Positions 1-11,725 of a stretch of 64,000 nt of DNA are shown one piece after another; position 1 is the first letter of the stretch; each line of letters begins with the position of its first letter. The position numbers were made by a program, and so were the translations under genes. Under the pieces are notes generated by a model. The model worked only from the letters and a program-made list of their open reading frames with translations, was not told where the DNA came from and ran no database searches. Source of the DNA: Lepidodermella squamata (taxonomy: Eukaryota > Animalia > Gastrotricha); assembly GCA_047495785.1 (NCBI GenBank), contig JBLDXI010000017.1:1550001-1614000 (forward strand). The letters run 5' to 3'.

Positions 1-188
1 TTTCTGGTTTTTTATTGTAGTATTATTTGTTTCACTCTGCAGCTGGTATGAAATGTATTACTTTTTAATGAAAGCGTTTTATACTTGATATCATAACCTT
101 ATCACGCAGTAAAAAACGCAGGCGCAGAGTACTAATATATTTGCGTTATTTTCGCTCGCTCTCAACGGTATACACAATACCCGAGCGA

Positions 189-344
189 TGAATCATGGCG
201 CAGAGAAGCTCGCGTGCGCCAGCACAAAAAACTACTATATAGAGCGAGTACTAGGGCGCGTAGTGTGAGCGCATGATTCACGCTGCACAGCAACGTCACA
301 AAACATGAGTCAGTGGGGGTGCAGAGTTGCAATAAAACTATAAG
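189..344 (+). promoter_or_regulatory. AP-1/CRE-like site cluster and TATA-like element upstream of the bZIP gene
   Basis: Perfect AP-1 site TGAGTCA at 306-312, variants TGAATCA 189-195 and TGATTCA 274-280, half-CRE ACGTCA 293-298, TATAAG 339-344. Confidence 0.5.
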
Positions 345-642
345 AGAACCGCGCTAATATGCGGACCCTCGCCGAAATCCTGGTTATGAAATCATGAAAC
401 CCAAATATAATTTTTCATTTTTTTACACATGTCTTAGGTCGGTATGTGTAGGCCATTTAATTATACAGCACGAATCTACTAACGGATTAATGCTAATGTT
501 GACACCTTATCATTTAATAGCAATGTAACTTTTCTTATAGAAATGAATCACTCCGCCTTGAAATAATATTCACTTCAATTTAACTTTTCAATTAACCCGC
601 TATATTTTTAGACATTTTATCAAATTATAACATGCAGCAAGA

Positions 643-1655
643 ATGATTATGGCAGAGTTTCCACCACCGACGTCTGGTCCTTACCAGCCTGTCTACCAGC
701 AACAGTCATCGACTGTAGTTGGAGATTATGCTGGTGATTCGAATTCCAATTCGAATTTTATTACTAATTACTACCCATTGGAAAATAATAATCAATATCA
801 AGGCAATCAGCCATGGCAACAATCGTCATTTCCGATTTATGCCGATCAACAGCAGCAACAATACGTTCAACCTCATCCTCATCATCAGGCCGAGTCTCAT
901 TTAGATGCTTTCGAACAACCGCCGTATTACGTTTACCACGGCGGCTATGAACCTATTGCTCCAAATTCCGCGTGTTCGGCCGACGCCAACATGGTCGAAT
1001 TTTTTGCTAGTAACAACGAAGAAGTGTCTCAATTAGCCGCGAACTGTAATCATAATGCCAATTACGATCTATCATCAACCACCGGTGCTCAGCATTTATT
1101 ACAACCACCGCAGTCTTATATTGTTAGTAATCCCATGGCTCAGGCGGCCGTACCGTCATCATCGATCTTGGTCAACGCGAGCTTGTCATCACCTCCACCG
1201 CCGCTATCTCACTTCCCTCGAACCTCTGCTGATGTTAATATTAATTCACCGCCAGTGTTATTCGCACAGGGCGTTAAATCTCATGTGGCCCATCATCGGA
1301 ATAGTAACAGTTCGAACAGCAATAATAGTAGCGGTGGGATTTTCGACAATCCTATCAAACTGAGCCGGCTTGAAGCCAGGCGAAAACGAAACCGTGAAGC
1401 AGCCCAGCGCTGCCGAACCAATCGTATTGAAACAATCAAACGGCTTGAACAGGTTAGAAAATCCTTCTTAATTGTCTAAATAATCTATAAATGCCTTAAT
1501 TTTTCTAGGATAAAGCCGAATTAGCAGCCGAAATTGAAGGTTTGCGCGCTATTATTGCCAAGCTGGATCCTCAAGTCAAGCAGCTCGGTGAGACTTGCTC
1601 GCAAGTTATGTCTGATGACGCTCATTCATGCGTTGTTCCATTTTCTAAACACTGA
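643..1655 (+). CDS. Jun/AP-1-like bZIP transcription factor (exons 643-1452, 1509-1655)
   Basis: Q/P/Y-rich N-terminus; basic region RLEARRKRNREAAQRCRTNRIETIKRLEQ; phase-0 56-nt GT-AG intron continues into the zipper DKAELAAEIEGLRAIIAKL...QVMSDDAHSC, resembling the Jun C-terminus. Confidence 0.75.
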
Positions 1656-2361
1656 AGTCATCATTATTGAAGTCCATTACTTATTTTTCAAACACTGCTA
1701 TCTTCGCCCATCTTTGTGTCTCGGTTATTTTTCTTCCGAAAAAAATCTGAATAATTTTTCTACTTTAAATATGTGTATTTTGTTGCGATTATTTTTTCGC
1801 TCTATCAGTCATTGCCGGTGGCCGTCACAATAAATTCAAAGAAAAACCATGTTTTCATCTTCGAAAGTCTATTGCCTTTCATTCATTCTATTCAAAAAAA
1901 TTTATTAATCGCATCAACTATAAAATGTTGTTGTACTTAATTGAAAGGTATTTTCTTCTGAAAATGCATCGCTTATTACTTATTTCTGGATGTGAAAAAT
2001 GTGTTCTAATCTAAACTCTATTTTTAGAGTAGCTAATTTTCATGCCTCCAAATGTAATACTTTCTCTTCATCATATTGCCGGGTGTTTGATTTCACGAAA
2101 AAATGCTCTACTATATATGTCGCCGCTCCACATTTGTATATATGATTCATGTGGCAGCCGAAATCAATAATTGCATACAAATATAGAGACCTCCTGGATC
2201 ATTATTACTTCACGGGGAAACTTCAACTGTATATATATATTAGGCTGCGCGGAGAGAAAACAAGTCCGAACGTGCTTTTTTTACTACAAAACTTTTTATA
2301 CCTATCAATTATCGGAATAAAAAAGATGATGAATAATAATTGGTAAATTCTTAAGCGATGA

Positions 2362-3779
2362 CTAATGATCGTGACCTCGGTCAACCGCGGTTGCAAGTTG
2401 ATACCCCAGCGACACAAGTTGGTCAATTTGCGGATTACTCTTTTTCGACTCCGTCCTGTTTTGACCAGCCTGATTAGCGTTATTCGGCCTTGGTCGAAAT
2501 GAAAATGAAAACGATCGACCACCCTTACCGCCCCTCAGGACCGTCCTGGGCGCGTGGTGGTACCCAGCTGGAGTTGGCTGGCTTGGATTGTTGTTATTGC
2601 TACCAGTGGGGTGATGAAAACCCCGTTTAGGTGTAACCATAGAGCCGGCTAATCGCTCCATTAGTGCCTTAACACTTTTCGCCTTTGAATGATAATAAGC
2701 GGAACTCGCGACTGAATTGCCGAGCGTAGTCGCAGTTTCCCCATAAGTCAAGCCGGACATGTTTCGCGTTGACATAGAGCTGGTTAGACCTTCTGACGTT
2801 GACAGGGTAAGCGGAACTGTGAATCTAAGGTGTCCGGAAGTAGTCGATCCAGTATCATCCTCAGTCGCCCTATTCGCCGAGGTCATTAGTGAGCTATTAG
2901 TCTCACTCAGGCTAGTATGACGTCGCCTTTGCCCATCAGTTTCTTCCTCATCCAAATTATCGGTAAAGTAAACCCGTCCAGGGTGGCTTTTCGGCAGAAA
3001 AATTCCATACTCGCGAAAAAGTAGGTCATCAAATGTATCAAAACGATTGTAACGTCCGCCGACCATGAACGTGTGATAGGTATACCCCTGTGGCGACCAT
3101 GTGTCTTCAATATTGGAGCCTTCGAGAGGTTCCTCGAGTAGAGTTTTCATTGGCAACATTGGCGCTTTCAGGCGTTTCCCGTTTTCTCCAAAAACCAGGC
3201 CAGCTCTTTTCCGTTCCAGCTCATCCAAGGCGTGCTCTTCCCCGGCGCCGTACAGGACATTGGCGCCTTTTATCTCCGTGCTTTTGCGGAAGTCGAAATA
3301 GTTGACGTTTCCGTCGAAAGGGATAGCCGGGTTGCGCTCTTCGAAGGTAACAGTTTTACGCTGTTTCCCACCATGCTGCTGACGATTCATTATCCCGGCG
3401 TCAATTTCGTCCCCACTTTGGGCCGTAGGCTCTGCGGATAATTTACGCACCGGGGTGTTCCATTTTGGTAGTTGTTTCATAATCGGCTTAGCCGACTGGT
3501 GAATAAAATAAAATAAAAAATGCTTTACATTTTCCAATTTTTCTCACATTTTTCAGCTCCATGAGATCAGCGCTTTTAATCAATTGCCTTGTAGCTGGAT
3601 CGATAAGGTGGTGGGGTAGTTGTGTCAGTGGGTGGCCGCGCCCTGTCCATACTCGATCGTGGACCTACAAACACGTGAGATGATTTTTAGCATATAAATC
3701 ACAGCGTAAATCCCACCTTTTTGTGCAAATCGTCCCAGTCCCCTGGGAAAAAGACTTTGTACGGCGTCAAGGGCAGCAT
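2362..3779 (-). CDS. Uncharacterised ~440 aa protein (exons 3779-3717, 3664-3548, 3495-2362)
   Basis: 391-codon ORF extended in frame by two phase-0 52-nt GT-AG introns; S/T- and G/N-rich low-complexity C-terminus; no recognisable domain; start uncertain. Confidence 0.6.
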
Positions 3780-4130
3780 GTGGCTTCGATCGGGCGGAAA
3801 AGGTGTGTTCTGTTTAGAAAATTAAATGAGATAATTTATAGAAATTTCACCATAATCGCAATACAAATTGCGAGAAAGCGATTTCGATGTACGTATAATA
3901 AACACTAAATAGCAGCAGGTGAGCAGCATAGACGCTGAACTGGTCGTCAAGGAAGTGCTTTCGTAATGGAAAATTTGTTAAAAATTTATTTGGCTATTTA
4001 GCAACTAAGAGTTGAGGGTATGAGGAAGTCGCACGTATAGCGCTAAAGTTTTTTCTGCGCCTATTTTTTTGATTGCCGCACAAGAAGCCCTCAAAAACGG
4101 GAAATACGGTGAGCGAAAAGGTATACAGTC

Positions 4131-5497
4131 ATGGTAATTATTAATGGCTTTAAATAATTATAATAAAATTAAAAGATGCCATCTCATTGGACGAATTTCA
4201 CGACAATGGTATGGCAATGTTTCACGCCTAGGAGACATCAGTGGCGAAATCCTCAAAGCATTCGACAAACGATTCATGATAACATTCTAGCTGAGCTATC
4301 GGTAATATTATTCGCCCAATTGAACATAGAAAACTCACCCGAAAGAGAATGCTTTGAAAATCAACGGTCGGCATTTTTCCGATTTCTATATAATATAAAC
4401 TCGCCTATATCCGAGAAAAATCATCATCACAAGAAACCGGTTATCTTGTTCTGCTGTAGTAGACGCTAGTATTTTACTAATATTAATAAATTATTAATTA
4501 TATTAATATTTGTATGGGAGCAAAATATGAATCATTCAATTCTTCGTGATTTCAATAGCAGCCGAAGTTGCGCTCAAAATTTAATGTAGCATGTCAGAAA
4601 GCTGCTCTATTGAAAATGATCGCGTTAAATCGTGCGTTTTATTACTTCGTGCAGGAGAATAAATTGTCTGCCGAGCAAATCGAAGGTAAAACACGAATTG
4701 CATGACTGCCGTTGTCAGCTGCAATTATCATTATTCTAGTCAATAATTGTAAACTCTGGAGAATTTCTACCATTTTTTCACCTATAACCATATTCCGTTG
4801 GCTACGCCATTCCGCTGTTCATAAAACATTCAAGAATCGAAAAATGCCATGACATTTTTATTGATTGATTGCTTTAGAGCTGGAGGAAGCTTTCAATTTA
4901 TTTGACAAGGACGGCGATGGCACAATTACGACCAAGGAACTTGGGACAGTCATGCGATCCATGGGGCAAAATCCTTCGGAGAAAGACCTTCATGACATGA
5001 TTAATGAAGTCGATATTGACGGTTAGAATCAGCGTTACCTCTAGCGCAATTTAACTTGCTTTATAGGCAGTGGAACCTTGGATTTCATCGAATTTGTTCA
5101 GATGATGACTAAGCAGGCACTGCAAACCGACCCAAACAAAGAGGTTTACTTCATGAATGTTTCGCGATATTTTTTCTGACTTTTTTCGAATTTCGTAGGC
5201 AAAGGAAGCCTTTCGAGTATTTGACCGAGAGAACACCGGAAAAATCGCTGTCAAAGATATCGAAGAAGTTCTTATTACCATTGGTAATTCAATCTCAAAT
5301 TATTGCTAACCATCTGTTATGGTTATTTTCCAAGGGGTGTCGACTGCTGAAGCTGCTGAAATTGTGGCAGAAGCCGATTTCAACCGCGACGGTTACATCG
5401 ACTTCGAGGGTATTCCCATTTTCGTTATTCATTTTCAAATATTTCTAGCGATTTGTTGTCAGAATTCGAGCAGATGCTTACTCCTCTTACTAAGTGA
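4131..5497 (+). CDS. Calmodulin-like EF-hand protein (exons 4131-4133, 4655-4685, 4878-5021, 5067-5143, 5199-5283, 5335-5409, 5463-5497)
   Basis: Spliced product [69 protein letters not shown]...; ATG-only first exon as in calmodulin genes; too divergent to be canonical CaM. Confidence 0.85.
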
Positions 5498-7149
5498 CAA
5501 AACATTCGCTGCTGGTACTTATGGAAACTGCTTTTCGATGTTGGCGTGATTTTTCCTTGTTTATCTGCTAAAATACATTATGGCTGTAACCAGTTAACAT
5601 TGCCGTTATGATCGTAAAATTTACGCATCAGCGGTTTGCTGAGATTGATTAATGCAAATGCGCGTCGCTCCATTCATGTTATTCTCATTTTCTGACAACA
5701 TTTTATTGCCTCGAGATTCTGCGATATCACTGATCCGTGATCACCTTGTTGTCTGGTTGAATAAAACCCATATCCATCGGATTGATAACGAATGGGATTG
5801 ATCAATTTTCTTGATGGGCTTTCAGGGTCGAAGTGATGCTTTTCATCTCATTACAAATATTATTTCGCCGCGAGATACATATTAGGCGTACGAGAGTTCC
5901 GCGGTCGGGGGAATTTTTTGCCATCGTTCCGGTGCAATTATTCAAGAAATTCGCACGTTTTTTCTCATCTGGACATGTTTACGCTGCCTGCATCTCATTT
6001 TGCCGGTTTATGAATTCTGTACCAACACACTCGCCCCACGAGGAGCTGAGGCTGCTGAATTACATTTGCGTTAATGAATCCTATAATATTGTTGTGTTCT
6101 CGTCATCGGCAGGCGGGGCCGATCGCTTGATTGATTGATCCCCTCTTCTAGTCAGGACTTGTCGAAATGAGAAAAACGGCGAAGTTGCGCAGTCTATAGA
6201 CGCCACTCGTATCTCTGCGCTAATTCGGTACAATTGTCAAAAACAACTGAAATCTCGTCTTCGCGACATTAGCAATTTTTATTGCTAGCAATGTATAACT
6301 CGCATGCATTATAATCTGATAAATTATTCATTTTTTTCAAGATAACAACTATATGATTTACAGTGATTTTATATTATTCAATTTTCTCTCGATGCCGAGT
6401 AAGAAGGAAGCCACGTGATACCATCTCCCGTTTCTCTAGCAAGTGTAGGAGATAGCAGGCTTTAAATCGTTGTTTATGTAGAAGTGAGAGACATACAAAA
6501 AGCTCGTCAACAAATAAGAAGTAAACAAATAGAGATTATCCTCATCATCAAAGCTACCCGCTGCTATTGACGACGGCGGCGGCGAAACACGGGAAAAAAT
6601 CGATTGTTTCAATTTCAAAAGTGAGGATTGTGTTCTTCGATGATTAAATTAGAGCGCGAGAAAATTGCGATCAAAAGACAAAAACAATAAAGCCGAGATT
6701 TTAAGGTAGATTTTTCAAAACGAATAAATCAGCACCAGAAAATAGTTGCTAGCTGTGTTTTTTCCGCCACAGAAAAAAAGATAAACAATTTCAACCGAGA
6801 ATATCTCTATTATTTAGAGTGGGCGTGAAATTGATTGCGGTTGATTATTATTTTGACACTGCTTGTCATGCGAGCTTATAATACTGTCGAGGCTTATGTG
6901 GTAGCAGTTTTTCAGCTTAATGGACAACAAAACAAGACACGAGAGTCGCAGATAGAGAATGAGAGGCAGCGACGCAAAGCTGCGTAGATCTATCTATGCA
7001 TTTCACTGCAACTAATTTATTATCGTCATTTAACAACAGCGTAGAATACACTCTGCATTATTCGTGTGAGATCATTGAGATTCATCTTTTGCGCATCCAT
7101 ACTACCAAAAACAGCCTGCTATAAGGCGTGAGCGGCTCCGCAGGCTTCG

Positions 7150-9032
7150 TCAATATCGATCCGGAACATATGGGCAATATAATGATGAGTTGAAAGAAAG
7201 CAAGCAAGTAGTTGTTTCTGGTTGTTGTCCTTGATTCAGACTCTGGGGTTTTCCTTCGCACAAAGCACTGCGGATTAGGGAACGCGAAAAAACTGTAATG
7301 AAATTTATGGAAAACAGCTGCAGAAACAGACCTGTCAATATATATTCTGTTAATAATGTTGGCACAGCTGGACTATCGTCGAGCATCGCTTGAAGAACTA
7401 AAATGAAAAGACGAAAATTGAACATATTTTAAGGCGGAGGGTGGCTGCTTACTTTTAGCTAAAACTCGCAATTCTTCTAGAGGTAGAGGACCGGCATCGG
7501 GGTTGAAAGGAATGACAGTGGTTACAAATGGCGAATTGCGTTTCTTTTCTCCGCCCTGCACTTGAGCCATATTTAGCGATATATTCGATGCAGATTGGGT
7601 TGACGATGACATGGATGTTGATGTGAGATCGCGCACCCGCCGTTGCACCGACATGACGAGCCCGACAAAGTGATCTCGCGTTTCTTTCAGGTCGACCTGC
7701 TCGTCACGCGTCGCTAGCTCATCAACTAGAACGTCAGAGTATTTTCGAATCGCAACTTCTAACCGCTCCGCATGCTTCTCCAACTCTTGTAACGACATTT
7801 CAGCAAGCGCTAAAAAAATAAAATATCCTAGAATTATTTTTTTCTTATTTTCAATTTTCCTTACTTTCCGCCAAAAATAACTGAACGACATCTTCGTCTG
7901 AATGTTGAGGTGACTGGGCGACGAATTTTCCATCTGCCGTGAAGTTGGAGCACGCAAAACTCGACCCATTTATTGGTAAAGGCTTCAATTTCGCCGTTAA
8001 GTTGAAATTGAAACTAGTATCATCGCCATTTCCGTTGTTTGGGAGTACTGATAGCGCTGATGATGTCATGCTAATATCGTATCCTGAGTCCACAGTCGCC
8101 GCAGCGTCATCAATCATCGCTATCATTTCATTAGATGACCCGGCGGTGTGGACTGGGTAGAAAGAGTCGCAATCAAAACCAGCGCCGTCAACGCAGTCGC
8201 CGGCTTCTTCTTGCGCGCGCATCATTTCCTCTATTTCGTTGATAACGTCGTCGGCCGAAACGATCGGGTGTGGTTCGTTGAAGTCTGCTTCTGCTACGGA
8301 CGAAACCATCAAAGCGTGCAGATCGCCGTCGATTGGTGCTTCCGCGACGCTTAACGATGGTGTTTCGCTCGTTTCAGACCGACTGTCGTTGTTTTCGTCA
8401 TCTTCATTATTATCACCCAGGGATGATGTTCTACTTCGATTTTTGGACTGTTTCACTCGATGTTTGGGTGAGGGTAAAGACTCTTCTTTGGCATTCCCGC
8501 GTAACCGAGAATACATAGAATCGACAAATAGAGCGCGTGTCCGCGACTCAGACCATTTAACATTAGCAAGTCGTTCGAGGTAATTTGGCGTCAAAAATGC
8601 TGAGAAATAGCTGTTCCTACAGGAAATAAAATATACAAATATTTTAGCAAATGAAAAATGGAAAATAAAAATTGATAATTTAAATAATAATAACTATATT
8701 TACCCGCATTCTTCCTCCACCAAATCATCTAGATGGCGAATTCGAGGAGCAGGTACGATACCGTCGAGAGAGATGGATGTCCGAAGGCATTTGGCGACAA
8801 CTTTGTCAAATGATGAAACGAGGTCTTCGAGTGATTCGGCCGATAATTTGAAAGACTCAGCACTGAGACGATCGAGAGAGGAGCTAGCGGTGGCTTTTCC
8901 GCCGTTTTGTTCAGAATTTACATCGTTACTGCTGTGATTATGATTGTTTAAAACCTGCGATGACGAGAAGTCACACCAGTCATCGCCGTCTTCACCCCGC
9001 TCACTATCGGCAAGCGGCGCATCACACAGCAT
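7150..9032 (-). CDS. unc-76: FEZ1/FEZ2/UNC-76 kinesin adaptor (exons 9032-8704, 8616-7865, 7809-7453, 7397-7332, 7267-7150)
   Basis: Family motifs ESLEDLVSSFDKVVAKCL, SADDVINEIEEMM, YSDVLVDELATRDE and the C-terminal VPTLLTEYILT-VLC; all junctions GT-AG and in frame. Confidence 0.9.
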
Positions 9033-10186
9033 TTAAAACCCTATTACCAACAAACAAATATTGAATAAGTAAATAAAATCAGCTGTTAGAGTCCACCGAT
9101 CAGGGTCGAGTCCGGCACAAGCATTAAAAACTATTAAACATCTCTCATTCAGGTAATAAGTTGAGTATATGAAAAATGCAGGTAATAATTGAAGTGGCAA
9201 GTTATTATCTTATGAAACTAGACCTCATCACTCATTTTTGGCATTAGAACTGAAGCATGTGAGTCGGGCGTCAGGCGCAAGTCACCTCATCAACCAACCG
9301 AGGATCCGTAGCCAAGCGTAGAAAATTGCCCGACATCCGAGATCAAGTTAGCCACATTTATGCCGAAAATTAAGCTAATTAAGCAGAAAGTGTTCAGCTG
9401 TGGGCGGCGGGGAAGGGGAGACAGAAACTGACGATGAATATGCTGAGCATTGAATACCTAATTCCTAACTGTAAACATGATAGTATGACACAAAAATGCG
9501 AATAAATACCATGGATTATGGAGCTAAATCCACGAAAACATTGTTCGAACTACCTTCCAGCTATGTCGCCTATATTTTCATTAAAAGCGCTAATGTGGGA
9601 TCTCATAGAGCTCAGGCGTACAGCAAATTACGAAGCGAATAACTAGTAACCTGACAGGATATGATGCAAAAAGATACAAACCGATACAAACTACAACGAT
9701 ACAATATACAAAATAATGAAATAGATATCATGACCGATGACCGAGGTCACCCTCAAACAATTTCTCAACACAAAAATGAGAAAAATGCATTATATGCTTG
9801 ATGCTCGAGTCCTAAGTCTTGGGAATTGCCAATCAATGGAAAGCAGCCAACGCGTGACGCCAACGTCACAACCGCAACGTTTGCGCGAAACGGTTCCGCT
9901 GCTTTTTTGGAAACAACCGGATTTCCCCAAGTTTCTGAGGAAAACAGTTTTTCACCGATGAAACTCATGAAGTCAGTAACATTAGTTTTCACATTTTTTA
10001 ATTAATATTTGTAATTAAAAGTTATTGCAAAGTTGTGAAGTAGCGCGTCCACGCGGTCGGGCTGGCCTCATTCTGGCAGTTGTTTAAGTTGTGTTGAGAA
10101 GGGTCACCTCGTTGTGCTTGTGTCTGATGTAACCGTGCTTTTCTCGAAGCAAAACTTTCATCACTCAGAGTGTTAGCTGTGAAACA

Positions 10187-11098
10187 ATGAAGTCATCCTT
10201 TGCTGTGAGCATCTCCAAGGCGTATTTAAGGCGATTTGTTAGCAGTGCTAATGTGCAACGCTTTCCTGCGAATTGCAGATCGTTGTCATCTGCATCGAAT
10301 GATGAATTCAACGTCAGAACTCTCGATGGAGAAAACAAAGGCATTGTGACATTCACATTTAATCGTCCTCAGACGAAGAATGCCCTTGGTAAAGCTGTCA
10401 TTTCGAAGTTCGCAGAGGCTGTGGATGCTGTTCGCTATGACAGAGCTGCGCGCGTTCTTATCTTGGGATCTGAAGTTAAGGGAGCCTTTTGCTCCGGCGC
10501 TGATTTGAAAGAACGAGCTACGATGAAAGTGCATGAAGTTGCACCTTTTGTCGCAAAATTGAGAGCTATGCTACGCCATCTTGAATTGCTGCCTCTTCCC
10601 GTTATCGCAGCTCTCGACGGCGTTGCTCTTGGAGGAGGATTAGAAATCGCGCTCAGCTGTGATATTCGCGTCGCTTCTCATGATGCCAAAATGGGGCTTG
10701 TTGAAACTAGAATCGCTAACGTTCCTGGCGGTGGTGGAACGCAGCGCCTCTCCCGTGCGGTCGGCCTAGCTAAAGCTAAGGAACTCATCTTTACTGCACG
10801 CATGATTGATGGTAAAGAAGCCGAGCGTATTGGACTTGTACAGCGATGTGTTCAGCAAAATGCCGATGGCAATGCCGCTTTCTTGGCAGCACTGGCTTTG
10901 GCTCGCGAGATTACCCCTAACGGACCTTTTGCTATCAAGGCTGCAAAGTACGCGGTTGATCGAGGATATCAAGTCGACATTGAAAGTGGGCTTGCTATTG
11001 AAGAATTGGCTTACAATACTAATGTTCCAACCAAGGACCGTTTGGAAGGTCTTGCAGCTTTCCGCGACAAGCGCAAGCCTGTTTACACCGGCGAATAA
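10187..11098 (+). CDS. AUH: Methylglutaconyl-CoA hydratase, mitochondrial (crotonase family), intronless
   Basis: Mitochondrial-type presequence; FCSGADLKER, ALGGGLEIALSCD, MGLVET, PGGGGTQRL, TKDRLEGLAAF..KRKPVYTGE. Confidence 0.92.
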   Translation: MKSSFAVSISKAYLRRFVSSANVQRFPANCRSLSSASNDEFNVRTLDGENKGIVTFTFNRPQTKNALGKAVISKFAEAVDAVRYDRAARVLILGSEVKGAFCSGADLKERATMKVHEVAPFVAKLRAMLRHLELLPLPVIAALDGVALGGGLEIALSCDIRVASHDAKMGLVETRIANVPGGGGTQRLSRAVGLAKAKELIFTARMIDGKEAERIGLVQRCVQQNADGNAAFLAALALAREITPNGPFAIKAAKYAVDRGYQVDIESGLAIEELAYNTNVPTKDRLEGLAAFRDKRKPVYTGE

Positions 11099-11243
11099 GA
11101 AGCTCACTTACTTTCTCATCCTATCGAATCTGTGTGCTATCACTATTGGTTTCTCTGAGAGACTTTGCTTGACTGCTGTTTTTTTGCTTGATTAAATTAT
11201 GTAACGTGATGCAACTATTTTTATAGATTTTAATTGTATAGCT

Positions 11244-11597
11244 ATGAGCAAAGTTGTCCAATCCGCGGCTCGTGCTGCCGGTCGAGCTGTTTCCGCCCCC
11301 AGGAGACAATCCGGTCCTTCAGTTGTCCTTTATGTCGGCAATCTGCCTTGGACTGTTTCTCGCCGTGAACTTCGGGAACATTTCCAGTCTTTCGGAGAAA
11401 TTCGCGCCTGCAAAGTCGCTTTCAATTACGAAACTGGACTGTCGCGTGGCTATGGATTTGTTTGCTACCAAGATAATGGTGCTGCTCAAGCTGCTCTCGA
11501 GAAACAACCTCACGTTATCGACGGCAATACTCTGAATATCAGCAAAAGCTTCAGTGCAAACTTGCGAAGCTTCAACACCGATTTTACTGCCAAATAA
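11244..11597 (+). CDS. SLIRP: Single-RRM protein, SLIRP-like (probably mitochondrial)
   Basis: Arg/Ala-rich leader; RNP2 LYVGNLPWTV and RNP1 RGYGFVCY; ELREHFQSFG and HVIDG segments; 117 aa. Confidence 0.65.
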   Translation: MSKVVQSAARAAGRAVSAPRRQSGPSVVLYVGNLPWTVSRRELREHFQSFGEIRACKVAFNYETGLSRGYGFVCYQDNGAAQAALEKQPHVIDGNTLNISKSFSANLRSFNTDFTAK

Positions 11598-11725
11598 CTA
11601 AACCTATCTTAGCGGCCTTATTTAACAAAGCGTCATTCAATATTTTTTTCATTCAATATAGATGTTTTAAAAATCAATAATATTCATGTGACCAGACTTG
11701 GTTAATAATCAAACTGCTTGAAGAA

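Noticed and set aside
5500-7149. Short ORFs between the convergent CaM-like and FEZ genes (5833-6138, 6436-6618)
   Set aside because: Non-ATG starts, no domain signal; more likely UTR or intergenic sequence.
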